From assembly GCA_965209055.1 (NCBI GenBank), contig OZ242374.1, positions 128,001 through 192,000 on the forward strand: 64,000 bases of DNA. The letters are read 5' to 3'. Below, one piece after another: positions 38,779 to 48,705 of the stretch. Both the position numbers and the translations under genes were made by a program. Under the pieces are notes generated by a model. That model saw only the letters and a program-made list of their open reading frames with translations, was not told the DNA's origin and did not search any database. Origin of the DNA: Acidobacteriota bacterium. Its GTDB lineage: Bacteria; Acidobacteriota; UBA6911; RPQK01; JAJDTT01. The stretch's first letter is position 1; each line of letters starts with the position of its first letter.

Positions 38779-41700
38779 TAGCGATCCACCGTCCTCTGGC
38801 TCTCGGGAAGCTGACCTGTACTCAACCGGTCGGGCATCAACAGGCGCCGGGAACCGATGTCGTTCACGTCTCGACCCACCCGGACGCCGAACGGCGACCC
38901 GGTGGCTGCGGTAATGACCGAGGTGGCCTCCCAACCTCCCAGCAAGGTCCTGGTGAGGCCGGTGGCGTTCCGAAAGATGGGCAGTCTCCAGGTGAAGGCC
39001 GTGTAATAGCTGTGGAGCCGGTCCCACTTGGTCCGGGTGTTGAGCGGCGTGCGGTCGAACTCGTTGGGCACCACCGCGATATAGGTTCCGGCGTAATTGG
39101 TGGCGAAGACCCGGCCGTAGGTCCAACCGGCCGAAATTCCAAGGCCGTCCCTCGGCATCCGCTCGATCTTGGCCTGCAGCGAGTTGTAGTGCTGCGACCC
39201 GTCGAAGCGGATCTGCAGGGTGGTGGCGATCAGCGGATAGGGGCGCCTCATATCCCGGTTCCCTTCCGCCCGGATCGTCTCTCCAGTGTTCAGGATGATG
39301 GGCTGCCCGGCGATCTGCGACACGTTCCAGGCCCGATGATTTCTCATGTGCCGGCCCTGATTGCCCACGTAGGCGATTTCCACCTTGGTGTCGTCGAACA
39401 GCTCGTGCTGAATCGACAGGTTGTAGCTGTAGACCTGGCCGGTCTGGGAGCCGCTGCCGTCATACGAGTAGGCGCCGTCGCTGTGCACTCTGGCCGCCGA
39501 CGTGGAGGGCAGGTCCAGGAAGCCGCCGTGCATGTACTCGGGAACCTGTCCCCGAGCCTGGATGCCGCGGACGGTGCCCACATAGGGGCCGACCCAGCCG
39601 ACGCCCACCTTCCAGCCGCCGTACTCCTGGTCGAAAGACAGGCCGCCACCGGCGCGCAGGACCGTCCGGTTGGTGCCGAACATCCGCCAGGCGATTCCCA
39701 CTCTGGGGGCGAAGCTCTGCCAAGGAACCCCCCGGCAGCGCTGGCTGTCCAGTTCCACCACCGGGACCACCAGGACCTCCCGCTGGCCGTTGGTCACCAG
39801 GGGAGAGTCATAGGGGAAACCCTTGGGCACCATGTGGACGGGGTTGTCCCGCCCTCCGGTCACGTCTATAAAACAGTTCCCCTTGTTGTCCAGCCAGTGC
39901 TCCGGAAGGGGGATTTCGTGCCTCAATCCAATGTTCAGGCTGAGGTCCGGCGTGACCTTCCAGTCGTCGTTGATGAACCAGTTGTAGGCCGACTGATTGT
40001 AGCCGCCGAAGTTTCCGAGGCCGTATCCGGCCCCTCCCGTGATCCTGGCCTGAGCATCCGACACGGTGCCGAGCAGGAAATCGGCGTAGGGCTGGCCGAA
40101 GGTGGACCCTGTGATGCCGCCGTCGGCGCCGTAGGTGATCTGCCCCGTCTGATAGCCGTTGAAGCTGACCCGAGCCGTGGGCCTCACCCAGCCCAGCCGC
40201 ACGTTCATGTTCCGAATGGTCCCGATTCCGACTTTCAGGTAGTGATTGCCCTTGCGCCAGGAGGCCGTCTCCTTGATGCTGAACCCCCAGTCGCCCTGGT
40301 CGAACTCGCCCTGGCCCTGGATGTTGGAATACCCGCTGATGCCGATGGAAGGCAGGTCGGCGGGACCGCGCTGGCCGTTGTCGCCGATGGCGAAGATGCC
40401 GTCCTGCCCCGCCAGGTCGTAGCCGAACTCCTGGAACCAATCCACCGTGTCGGCGCTGTTGTTGCCGAAGTCAGACTTCCAACCGGTGAAGTTCAACTCG
40501 TTCACCACGTTGGTCCCGATCGGCTTGACCCAGCCGCCGCTGGTCTGCCACCCGGTCTCCAGCTCGGTAAACACCTCGTAGACGTTGCTTCTCATCCCGG
40601 GAACGCCCAGGCGGCCGCGCCCGACGAAGAAGCCGAAGGATCCGGCCGACGCCGAGCCGTGGGAGATCTGCGGGTCGTTCTGCCAGGTCCAGCGCCCGAA
40701 GAGCGTCGAATCATCGCCCAAGTGGTGATCCCCTCGAATCGAGACCTTGTTCTTCACCTGGTCGATGACGTGGGGATAGGCGTAGTTGGGATAGACGTTC
40801 TGGTTTGGAGATGGCCAGGGCACCTTGTCCCGAACCGCCAGGGAGACGGGGTGGATTCTGCTGGTGGGGATGACGTTGTTGGGAAATTGGACCCGCTGCC
40901 CGTCGACCACGTTGAAGGGGTCGTAGATGGGAATCAGGCCGTGCTTCCCGTCGCCCGCTCCGAAATTTCCCGCCAACTCCGAGGCGGGAGGAACGTCCAT
41001 GAAGCCGGTCAGGTTCGACTCGTCCATGAAACGCTCGTAGCTGGCGTAGAAGAAGGTCTTGTCCTTGATGATGGGCCCGCCCACGGCGCCGCCGAAGGTG
41101 TGGCGGCTCAACGGCAGCTTGCCCAGTCCGGTCCGGTTGGCGAAAAAGCCGTTGGCGTCGAACGCTTCGTTGCGCAGATACTCCCAGGCGAAGCCGTGAA
41201 ACTCGTTGCTGCCGCTGTGGCTGGTCATGCTCACCACGGCCCCTCCGACCCGGCCGTACTCGGCCGAGAAGGTGTTGCTGATCACCTTGAACTGCTTGAC
41301 CGTCTCCGGCGTCGGATTCACGGTAGCCCGCTGATCGTAGAGCCTCTGGGCGCCGGCGCCGTCCAGCATGATCTGGTTGGAGTCGGGCCGCAGGCCGTTG
41401 ACCGACGGAAGACCACCCGAGTCACGGACGAAGCGGGGGTCCGTCGAGTAGCGAACGCTGACCGAACCGGTGGAGAGTTCCGCCAGCAGGATCAGGTTCC
41501 GGTCGTTGATGGGCAGCTCCGTGATCTGGGTCTCGTCCAGCGTGGTGCTGATGTCCGCCGTGTCCGTGTCCAGCGCCGTGGTCTGTCCCATGACGGTGAC
41601 CTGTTCGGCGATCTCGCCGGGAGCCAGGAGAAAATCGAGACGCGCCACCTGACCGGTGTTCAAGCGAACCTCGGCCACGTGGGTCTTGAATCCGGGCAAT

Positions 41701-41969
41701 TCCGCCCGGGCCTCGTAGACACCGGCGATGAGCTTGTCCACCAGGTAGTTCCCCGTGTCGTTGCTGACTGCGGCTCGGGGAATGTTGGTTTCCGTGTTGG
41801 TGACGGTGATTTCGACCCCTGGGACCACGGCTCCCGTCTGGTCGATGACGCGTCCCACGATCTGTCCGTACGTGGTCAACTGACCGTACGCGTGGGGCAG
41901 GGAGAGGCAAATGACGAGTGCCAGGGTGAGCGCCAGGATGCCGGGGCGCAGACGAGGTGCCTGATGCAT
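38481..41969 (-). CDS. TonB-dependent receptor (Oar-like)
   Basis: Signal peptide; carboxypeptidase-like N-domain; FSAEYGR, SGSNEFHG, FAPRVGIAW and FRVEMFNAFNHP; ends FSF. Confidence 0.9.
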   Translation of the reverse strand: MHQAPRLRPGILALTLALVICLSLPHAYGQLTTYGQIVGRVIDQTGAVVPGVEITVTNTETNIPRAAVSNDTGNYLVDKLIAGVYEARAELPGFKTHVAEVRLNTGQVARLDFLLAPGEIAEQVTVMGQTTALDTDTADISTTLDETQITELPINDRNLILLAELSTGSVSVRYSTDPRFVRDSGGLPSVNGLRPDSNQIMLDGAGAQRLYDQRATVNPTPETVKQFKVISNTFSAEYGRVGGAVVSMTSHSGSNEFHGFAWEYLRNEAFDANGFFANRTGLGKLPLSRHTFGGAVGGPIIKDKTFFYASYERFMDESNLTGFMDVPPASELAGNFGAGDGKHGLIPIYDPFNVVDGQRVQFPNNVIPTSRIHPVSLAVRDKVPWPSPNQNVYPNYAYPHVIDQVKNKVSIRGDHHLGDDSTLFGRWTWQNDPQISHGSASAGSFGFFVGRGRLGVPGMRSNVYEVFTELETGWQTSGGWVKPIGTNVVNELNFTGWKSDFGNNSADTVDWFQEFGYDLAGQDGIFAIGDNGQRGPADLPSIGISGYSNIQGQGEFDQGDWGFSIKETASWRKGNHYLKVGIGTIRNMNVRLGWVRPTARVSFNGYQTGQITYGADGGITGSTFGQPYADFLLGTVSDAQARITGGAGYGLGNFGGYNQSAYNWFINDDWKVTPDLSLNIGLRHEIPLPEHWLDNKGNCFIDVTGGRDNPVHMVPKGFPYDSPLVTNGQREVLVVPVVELDSQRCRGVPWQSFAPRVGIAWRMFGTNRTVLRAGGGLSFDQEYGGWKVGVGWVGPYVGTVRGIQARGQVPEYMHGGFLDLPSTSAARVHSDGAYSYDGSGSQTGQVYSYNLSIQHELFDDTKVEIAYVGNQGRHMRNHRAWNVSQIAGQPIILNTGETIRAEGNRDMRRPYPLIATTLQIRFDGSQHYNSLQAKIERMPRDGLGISAGWTYGRVFATNYAGTYIAVVPNEFDRTPLNTRTKWDRLHSYYTAFTWRLPIFRNATGLTRTLLGGWEATSVITAATGSPFGVRVGRDVNDIGSRRLLMPDRLSTGQLPESQRTVDRYYDVSAFAIPAVGRFGNSHMWPLEGDGISVFDIGLHKAFALGEEKELDFRVEMFNAFNHPIFDTPGGKGGQDAIESGGAGRVSSASQPRRLQFAFRFSF

Positions 41970-42099
41970 CAGCGACCTCCTTGAGTAGTGCGGACTGCCT
42001 GGGAATGCAGACTAATTGCTTGGAGGCATGGTAGCCACAACGGGCCCATGAGTCAACAAGGCATGTTCTTCTCCTGTTCGCCTCTCTGCTTTTTGGGGC

Positions 42100-43941
42100 T
42101 CACTGCACGACGACGCTGCGGGTGGAGGTCGCCATTCGGCCCGAAAGGCTCTGGCGCAGGACCACCACCAGATCGTATTTGCCCGGCGGAGCGTCCTTTT
42201 CGGAGCTGGAGCTGAAATCCCGGTAACGCTGAAAATGGTCCAGGCCCTCGCTGTCCAGGTCCAGATCCAGACGTTTGAAGAAGAGGAAGTCCTCGCCCAC
42301 CCACTTGCCCGAATCGTCGACCAGCGCACCGAACATCTCCATGACGCAGCGGTTCTTACGGCCGTTGCGCGAAAAAGCGAACGAACGCGTGGGGATCAAG
42401 GTGCGGACCTTCAGCTTGCCCGACGGGTTGGTGACCTGGACCCGGAAGGGAAAGTCCCGAAACAGTTCGGGAAACTTGAAGGCGTTGGCCAGATCCGCAT
42501 GCGCCGTCTGCTCCGGGTCCGCGTCGACGTAGCCTTGGCGGTAACGGAGCTTGACTCCCTTTCGCGCCAGCTTGACCCGGATCTCGTGGAACTTGCCCGG
42601 CTTCCGCTTCGCGCGGGGCGCATATCCCAGCAGGTAGTAGCTGCGCCCGTCGTCGAAGGCCTTCCCGATGCCTCGCGCCATGTCGTTGTCGTTCAGAAAG
42701 GAGAGTCCGCCGGTGCCCGACGACAGGGTAGTGAGAAAATCCTGGGGAGCCGTGATGTCCTGATTCGAGTGGGAAGCGTACATGTGGCTTCCCGACTGCC
42801 GGGTCGCGGCATTGGAAATGGCCGGAGGCATCAGGCCCCGGGGATCGATGCTGTAGATGGAGACCTGCGATCGATTCGCCTGGTCGATGACCGACCGCAA
42901 CCGGGACTCGAAGCTGGTCCGCCGGCCCGAACCCGCCATGCTGCTGTTCACCAGCATGTGGACCTGCGCGTACTGGCTGGGGGCGAACATTGCGGCGCGC
43001 TCGCGGATGATGTTCTTCATGACGGTGCGGGCGTTCAGCGGGTATCCGGCCGAGATCAGCATCAAGTGCTTGCGTCCCGGGAGGGAACGCAGATGGCGGG
43101 CCAGGGCGCCGATGGCGGCGCAACTGAACGCCACCTGGATTTCCATCTGGGAGAGGATCTGCCTCGATTCGCCCGCCGCCATCTGGATGGCTCCTTCGAT
43201 CTGCGGGACCAGTTCTTCCACGTTCCCCTGAGCCAGGCTCGGATCGTTGGCCACGCCGAGGGCGCCCATGTCGGCGAAGATGTCGTCCATAATCTCCATG
43301 AAACGACTCAGATTGCCCTCCAACCGAGGTTCGAAGGGGACCTTGTCCAGTGCCTGGCTGAATCTTTCCGTGTCCCTGGTAAAGGCCTGATTGATCCGAA
43401 GCCGGTGGCGGATGGTGGCCAGCATCACCTGGTCGTTCGGCCCCAGGCGCGACTCGACGAAGCTGCGAATGGCCTCTTTGCTGCGGCCCAGAGCGTCGAA
43501 GGGCATGCTGTGCAGGTCCATCAGGAAGACGTAGTACCCTTCTTCGATCGTCTGAACCGGGACGCTGCTGATGCTCGTGGCTGGTTTTCCCGGTCCCTCA
43601 GGCTCTCTCGCCGGGATCGGCGTCCCCCGGTCTTGCAGGCTGAAGAACATCACCGTCTGGCGTTTGCCGTCTTCCAGCACCTCCAGCTCATCGGGGCGCA
43701 GATCCCAGATGAAATTGCCGTCCCGGTCGGTTGCCACAAGGTCAACCAGAACCAGTTCCGTCGATGTCTTGAAGGAGGGGATGTCCTGGGCCGAGGCGGA
43801 CGGCCAGATGCTGCAGACGATCCAGAGGAAGGCGCCAAGCCGGCTTCTGACGGGAGGTTTCGTCTTCTTTCCCACGAGCGGTTCCGGGCCCTTCGGCCGC
43901 TCCGCGCCGGCCTTGTTGCAGGTTTGAGCGGATTGTACCAT
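42100..43941 (-). CDS. VWA domain protein (Acidobacterial VWFA-related type)
   Basis: LVLVDLVATDRDG, LPGRKHLMLISAG, IYSIDPRGL, TGG and YYLLGY. Start uncertain. Confidence 0.82.
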   Translation of the reverse strand: MVQSAQTCNKAGAERPKGPEPLVGKKTKPPVRSRLGAFLWIVCSIWPSASAQDIPSFKTSTELVLVDLVATDRDGNFIWDLRPDELEVLEDGKRQTVMFFSLQDRGTPIPAREPEGPGKPATSISSVPVQTIEEGYYVFLMDLHSMPFDALGRSKEAIRSFVESRLGPNDQVMLATIRHRLRINQAFTRDTERFSQALDKVPFEPRLEGNLSRFMEIMDDIFADMGALGVANDPSLAQGNVEELVPQIEGAIQMAAGESRQILSQMEIQVAFSCAAIGALARHLRSLPGRKHLMLISAGYPLNARTVMKNIIRERAAMFAPSQYAQVHMLVNSSMAGSGRRTSFESRLRSVIDQANRSQVSIYSIDPRGLMPPAISNAATRQSGSHMYASHSNQDITAPQDFLTTLSSGTGGLSFLNDNDMARGIGKAFDDGRSYYLLGYAPRAKRKPGKFHEIRVKLARKGVKLRYRQGYVDADPEQTAHADLANAFKFPELFRDFPFRVQVTNPSGKLKVRTLIPTRSFAFSRNGRKNRCVMEMFGALVDDSGKWVGEDFLFFKRLDLDLDSEGLDHFQRYRDFSSSSEKDAPPGKYDLVVVLRQSLSGRMATSTRSVVVQ

Positions 43942-44005
43942 TCGGTTCGTGACAGCTTCAGATCCCAGGCGTCCGGCGCGGGAGTTTCGCGGAACCTCGA
44001 AACGA

Positions 44006-44941
44006 ATGCTTGCAACACTGGTCTGGGGCCTCGGATTCCTGCCGCTCTGGAGCCAAACCTACGATGAGGCGGTCCGTCACTTTCAGCAGCGGAATTACCC
44101 TGAAGCTCTGGCCGTGACCTATGAAATCCTGGCGGAGGATCCCGGCAACGCTGCCGGCCATCACCTCCAGGGACTGATCTTCGCCCAGTTGCGGCAGTTG
44201 CCCGAAGCCGAAGCCAGCCTGAGACGATCCGTCGAGCTGGGGCCCGGCCAGCCGGGCCATCACTTCGATCTGGCCGTCATCCTGCTCCGGCAGCAGCGGC
44301 AGGAAGAAGCACTGCCCCTGTTGGAACGCGCCGTGGAGATGGATGGATCGAACCTGATGACCCGTTTCTACCTGGGCCGGACCTACCACGAACTCAACCG
44401 CCTCGAACGGGCGCTGGAGCAATTCAACACGATCGTCGAGAGCGACTACAGCTTTCCCGCGGTCCACTACCACCTGGCCCGGGTCCATCGGAACAACGGA
44501 GCGGCCGAGGAGACCATTCGAGAGCTCCGGTACGAGATCGAACTCTATCCGAAGAATGTCGTGGCCCGGCTCGAGCTGGCCGAAATGCTGCTCAAGCAGG
44601 GACAGGCAGCGGAAGCCCTGGAGCACCTGCAGGTTGCCGGGACAGGCTTCTACAGCCGCGACCGCCGGGCGGTGGCGGTGGCCAAGAGCCGCCGGCTCTA
44701 CGTCACGCTGACCGCCCTCCCGCCGAGTCATCTGCACCTGCTCCTGGCCAAGGCCTACCGGGAATTGGGACGGCTGGAGGAAGCCGTCTCTTCGGCCCTG
44801 AAGTGTGTGGATCTCGATCCCGATCTGGCGGACCCGCACTACATCCTGGCGCAGATCTACCAGGAGCAGGATCGGATGGAGAAGGCGGCGCGGGCGATGG
44901 AAACCTTCAACCGGTTGAAGGCCGGGAGGGGGGACTGTTAG
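44006..44941 (+). CDS. Secreted tetratricopeptide repeat protein
   Basis: Signal peptide and multiple TPRs; stop codon lies inside a REP hairpin. Confidence 0.82.
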   Translation: MLATLVWGLGFLPLWSQTYDEAVRHFQQRNYPEALAVTYEILAEDPGNAAGHHLQGLIFAQLRQLPEAEASLRRSVELGPGQPGHHFDLAVILLRQQRQEEALPLLERAVEMDGSNLMTRFYLGRTYHELNRLERALEQFNTIVESDYSFPAVHYHLARVHRNNGAAEETIRELRYEIELYPKNVVARLELAEMLLKQGQAAEALEHLQVAGTGFYSRDRRAVAVAKSRRLYVTLTALPPSHLHLLLAKAYRELGRLEEAVSSALKCVDLDPDLADPHYILAQIYQEQDRMEKAARAMETFNRLKAGRGDC

Positions 44942-44994
44942 TCCCCCCGTCTTCCCTCTTCCTCGTCGCTGCGGGGATAGGAAAACCCCCGCTA
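44925..44994. repeat. REP-like inverted doublet
   Basis: GGAG-GGGGGACtgttaGTCCCCC and an inverted CGGGGataggaaaaCCCCCG-CTAC. Confidence 0.65.
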
Positions 44995-45307
44995 CCAGCG
45001 ACTGGGAAGTTGCCATTCCCCGGATCTCGAAGCTCGCCGGCTCCACCAGGGGTTGGCTCCTGAACGCCGACGCACCCTTTTCCCCTTCCATGGAAACAGT
45101 CCTGCGGGGCCCAGACAGCGATGGCCGCCACCACGCCGCCCCGTCACCAGAGCACGGCGCTCGCCCGGCTCGTCACACAGCGCTTGGTGTATCAATACCG
45201 GCATTCAAGCCCATCACGCCCACTGAGTCCTCCATCCGGAGAACTGCTGAGCCCACACGGTTTGCTCGGACCGTTGGACGGTATGATATTGCTTGCATGG
45301 GACTCTG

Positions 45308-48300
45308 ATGGAGTTGAATCGGCTAGGACAGCGGATATGTCTGGCTACGGTATTGTGCGTTGTTCCGTTGGCGATGCCTTCGGCAACTGCGCAGTCCACA
45401 TCGGGGTCGATCCTGGGCGACGTGGCGGACCTGTCGGGAGGATTCCTGCCGGGGGCGATCGTGAGCGTTAGAAACAACGCAACCGGTTCGACCCGAGAGG
45501 CGTTGACCAATGAAGTGGGAGCCTTCCGGTTCTCGGGGCTGCCACCGTCCAACTACTCTGTGACGGTAGAGTTTCCCGGCTTTCAGACCGTAACGCGGCC
45601 GTCGGTGACGCTGGCCGTGGGCGGCACGACGAAAGTCGATTTCGAGTTGAATGTGGGGTCGGTCGCCGAGTCGATCACCGTCGCCGGGGCGGTGCCGCTG
45701 GTGCAGCCGACGGAGAACACGATCCAGGTTGTGGTGGCCAACCAGCGAGTGCAGGAACTGCCGACCAAGAGCCGCGACTTCATGAATCTGATGCTGCTGG
45801 CGCCGGGCGTGACGGTAGACCAGAGCTCGGCCCGCATTGGCAACAGCGACTCGGTCAGCTTCTACGGCATGGACGAACGGAACAAGTCGGTATGGCTGGA
45901 AGGCGTGGACTTCAATGACGAGGTCACGATGGGCGGTTCGGACATTTCCGAGGCGACCCGGACGCGATTGGGGCAGGAAGCGATTCAGGAGTTTCAGGTG
46001 TTGTCGTCGGCCTTTTCGGCCGAGTTCGGCCGGACCGGCTCGGGGGCGATCAATGTTGTCGTGAAGTCGGGAGGCAACGACATCCACGGCAGCGGCTTTT
46101 ACTTCGTCCGCGACGACGCCTTCGACAAGGATCCGTTCCAGGTGGTCCGGGGTGAAGCAGTGCCGGATGCCAACCCGCCGCCGTTCCAGACCCAGCAGTA
46201 CGGGTTCACGATAGGCGGCCCGTTCGTGCGGCACAAGGTGTTCTACTTCGGATCCATCGAACGCCGCACCGAAGCGAACAGCTCGCAGGTGACGATTCCA
46301 GATTCGGTGAAGGCGTTCGTGGATTCCCTGAATGCCGGCTACGACACGTCCAGCGCGCTGCCGCGGTCGGTGGACGAGCGGAACGTGTTGGGCAAGTTCA
46401 CGCTCAACCTGCATCCGAGGCACACGATGAACGTCATGTACCTGTACGACGACAGGGAGTTCACCAACAAGCGGACCGGGCAGACCAACGGAGCCGACAA
46501 CGGGTTCGACGACACGCGCAGCTCCTATTACGCAACGGCGAGCCTGACGTCTCTCATCAGCAACAGATTCGTGAACGAATTCCGGGCGAACCGCTCGATC
46601 CAGCGCCTGTTCCGGGATTTGCAGGCCAGTGCGAGCGGACGGTTTCTGCCGACGCTGGATTTTCCCTCGGTCGACCTCGGAGCGGCGAGCGATGTCCCGC
46701 AGGGCCGGGTCCAGGCGAACTGGATCTTCTCGGACACGATGAGCTGGGAGTGGGGCAACCACTCGTTCAAGTGGGGCTGGGAATCGAATCGGATCCTGGC
46801 AACGGCCGACGCGAACGTGGATTTCCAGGGGGTCTACCGGTTCCCATCCGATACGGCGACGTTGCCGGACCGCTATACGGCGAACTTCAACCTCCCGTTC
46901 GAGAACGGCAATTCAACGGAGCCGAGGTTCATCAGCATCCGCCGCGACGTGGCCTCCTACGCCGCATTCGTCAACGACACGTGGCGGGTGACGCCGAGCT
47001 TCACGATCAACATGGGACTGCGCTGGGACAAGCGGACCTACCTGGATGTGGACGGCGTGGCGTCTATCGGCGGACCGGACGCTTTCGAACAGCCGGGTTT
47101 CTCGCGGGACCGGCCGCAGGATGTCTGGGTGTCAGTGGCGCTGGGCGAACTCGGCGCCTTGCCGGTGAGGGACTGGCGTCCGGGTGTCGAGGACAAGCTG
47201 GACCTCTCGCCGCGTTTCGGTTTCTCCTGGGATGTGACCGGCAACGGTCACGCGGTGGTCCGGGCCAGCTACGGCATCTTCCATGACCGGATCAACACGA
47301 GCACGCTCCGGAGCCGGGTCTTGAGCTACAACGGGCTGTTGACTTCGGGAACCCAGTTGGACGCCTCGAACGCGGCGCAGAACGCGATCATCCAGAGGAA
47401 CTTCCCGAACCGGATCGCGACCCTGCTGTTGCCGGGAGGCGCCAGCGTCGGCGGAACCCCCGATGCGCCTTCGGCGCGGATGAACACGCCCTACACCCAA
47501 CAGTCCCACGCGGGCTTCCAGTACGGGATCAGGCAGGACTTGGCCGTGTCGGTGGACTTCGTGCACATCTTGGGTCTGAACTACGACTGGGGTCCGGGCC
47601 TGTCAACCTCATGGGAACCGAACGCGCCGCTGCCAGGGGCCACGTCGCCGTCAGGTCGAGTGTGCCCGTTCGCCCGCCAGATCGTTGCGCAGTTGGGGTT
47701 GCCGGCAACGGCGGCCAACCTGCGTTCCAACAGTGCGGGCTGTCTGCGGATCCAGGTCGCCGACTTCACCAACCGGTTGCACATCAACAGCTTGAGTCTC
47801 CGGCTCGAGAAGCGGTTCACGCGGAACTTCGGTTTCCTGGCCGGGTACACGCTAGGCTCAGCGAAAGGCTTCGACTGGACCTCACCGCACATCAAGCACG
47901 GCGAGGCCAATTTCGGCCCGACCGAGAACGACGTGCGGCATCGTTTCACGGGCAACTTCATCTACCAGTTTCCCCACGACGTCCAGGTGTCGTCGATCCT
48001 TACAGCCAACAGCGCGCCGCCCTACGACATCACGACCGGCAACGACGACAACTTTGACTTCCTGCGCAACGACCGTCCGGAGGGAGTCGGGGCCTGGGCC
48101 GGCCGCGGCGCGAACTTCGTCCGGTGGGACCTGCGGTTGACGAAGAAGTTCGTCATTACCGAGGCGACGAGAGTGGACGTGATGTGGGAGATGTACAACA
48201 TTGGCAACCGGGCCAACTTCGTGAACTTCGATGGCAACCAGCGCTCCTCCAGCGCTAACCAGGCGCGGGGCGTCGTCCCCAGCGGTCAGTTCCAGGGTCA

Positions 48301-48325
48301 GTTCGGCCTGCGGTTCGTTTTCTGA
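45308..48325 (+). CDS. TonB-dependent receptor (Oar-like)
   Basis: Signal peptide; FSAEFGR, KSGGNDIHG and LSPRFGFSWD; ends GLRFVF. Confidence 0.9.
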   Translation: MELNRLGQRICLATVLCVVPLAMPSATAQSTSGSILGDVADLSGGFLPGAIVSVRNNATGSTREALTNEVGAFRFSGLPPSNYSVTVEFPGFQTVTRPSVTLAVGGTTKVDFELNVGSVAESITVAGAVPLVQPTENTIQVVVANQRVQELPTKSRDFMNLMLLAPGVTVDQSSARIGNSDSVSFYGMDERNKSVWLEGVDFNDEVTMGGSDISEATRTRLGQEAIQEFQVLSSAFSAEFGRTGSGAINVVVKSGGNDIHGSGFYFVRDDAFDKDPFQVVRGEAVPDANPPPFQTQQYGFTIGGPFVRHKVFYFGSIERRTEANSSQVTIPDSVKAFVDSLNAGYDTSSALPRSVDERNVLGKFTLNLHPRHTMNVMYLYDDREFTNKRTGQTNGADNGFDDTRSSYYATASLTSLISNRFVNEFRANRSIQRLFRDLQASASGRFLPTLDFPSVDLGAASDVPQGRVQANWIFSDTMSWEWGNHSFKWGWESNRILATADANVDFQGVYRFPSDTATLPDRYTANFNLPFENGNSTEPRFISIRRDVASYAAFVNDTWRVTPSFTINMGLRWDKRTYLDVDGVASIGGPDAFEQPGFSRDRPQDVWVSVALGELGALPVRDWRPGVEDKLDLSPRFGFSWDVTGNGHAVVRASYGIFHDRINTSTLRSRVLSYNGLLTSGTQLDASNAAQNAIIQRNFPNRIATLLLPGGASVGGTPDAPSARMNTPYTQQSHAGFQYGIRQDLAVSVDFVHILGLNYDWGPGLSTSWEPNAPLPGATSPSGRVCPFARQIVAQLGLPATAANLRSNSAGCLRIQVADFTNRLHINSLSLRLEKRFTRNFGFLAGYTLGSAKGFDWTSPHIKHGEANFGPTENDVRHRFTGNFIYQFPHDVQVSSILTANSAPPYDITTGNDDNFDFLRNDRPEGVGAWAGRGANFVRWDLRLTKKFVITEATRVDVMWEMYNIGNRANFVNFDGNQRSSSANQARGVVPSGQFQGQFGLRFVF

Positions 48326-48464
48326 TTGCGACACGGAGCCATGGATCCGTCCCGGATCCGGGACTCACCGCAACCTCCGCGGGCCCGCCCTATTCACCGC
48401 CATTTAGCGAAGGGGCTTATCTACGAAAGTGCCCCACGAATTGCAGCGGGCGGGAGTGATGCCG

Positions 48465-48584
48465 CCGCGCCATCAGGTTGCGGGAAATGCGCCGACGGCG
48501 CCGGTCGTAGACCGGCGTGGTGTCGGGATGTGCGTGACCGGCCAGGTTCTGGACGTCCTCAAGCGGCACGTTCTGGCTCGGCAA
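48465..48584 (-). pseudogene. C-terminal fragment of a tyrosine recombinase
   Basis: Minus strand reads LPSQNVPLEDVQNLAGHAHPDTTPVYDRRRRRISRNLM (box II LAGH...TT..Y). Not in the ORF track. Confidence 0.75.
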
Positions 48585-48643
48585 GGCAATGCACGGGACG
48601 TTAGTGCGCCATTCGTCTTTGTTGCTACGTGATTCAGGAGAGT

Positions 48644-48705
48644 GTAGAGGGGGACTGCCGTCGCCCCTAACCCCCCCGGTTCGGCGACAGGAAACTCGCC
48701 GCTCC
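48644..48705. repeat. REP-like inverted doublet
   Basis: GTAG-AGGGGGACtgccGTCGCCCCT, a C-run spacer, and an inverted TCGGCGAcaggaaacTCGCCG-CTCC. Confidence 0.7.

Noticed and set aside
38466-41984. 1172-aa plus-strand ORF and similar long antisense ORFs (e.g. 39-1463, 14192-15940, 42235-44067)
   Set aside because: Shadow ORFs opposite real genes, caused by high-GC codon bias; no family motifs.
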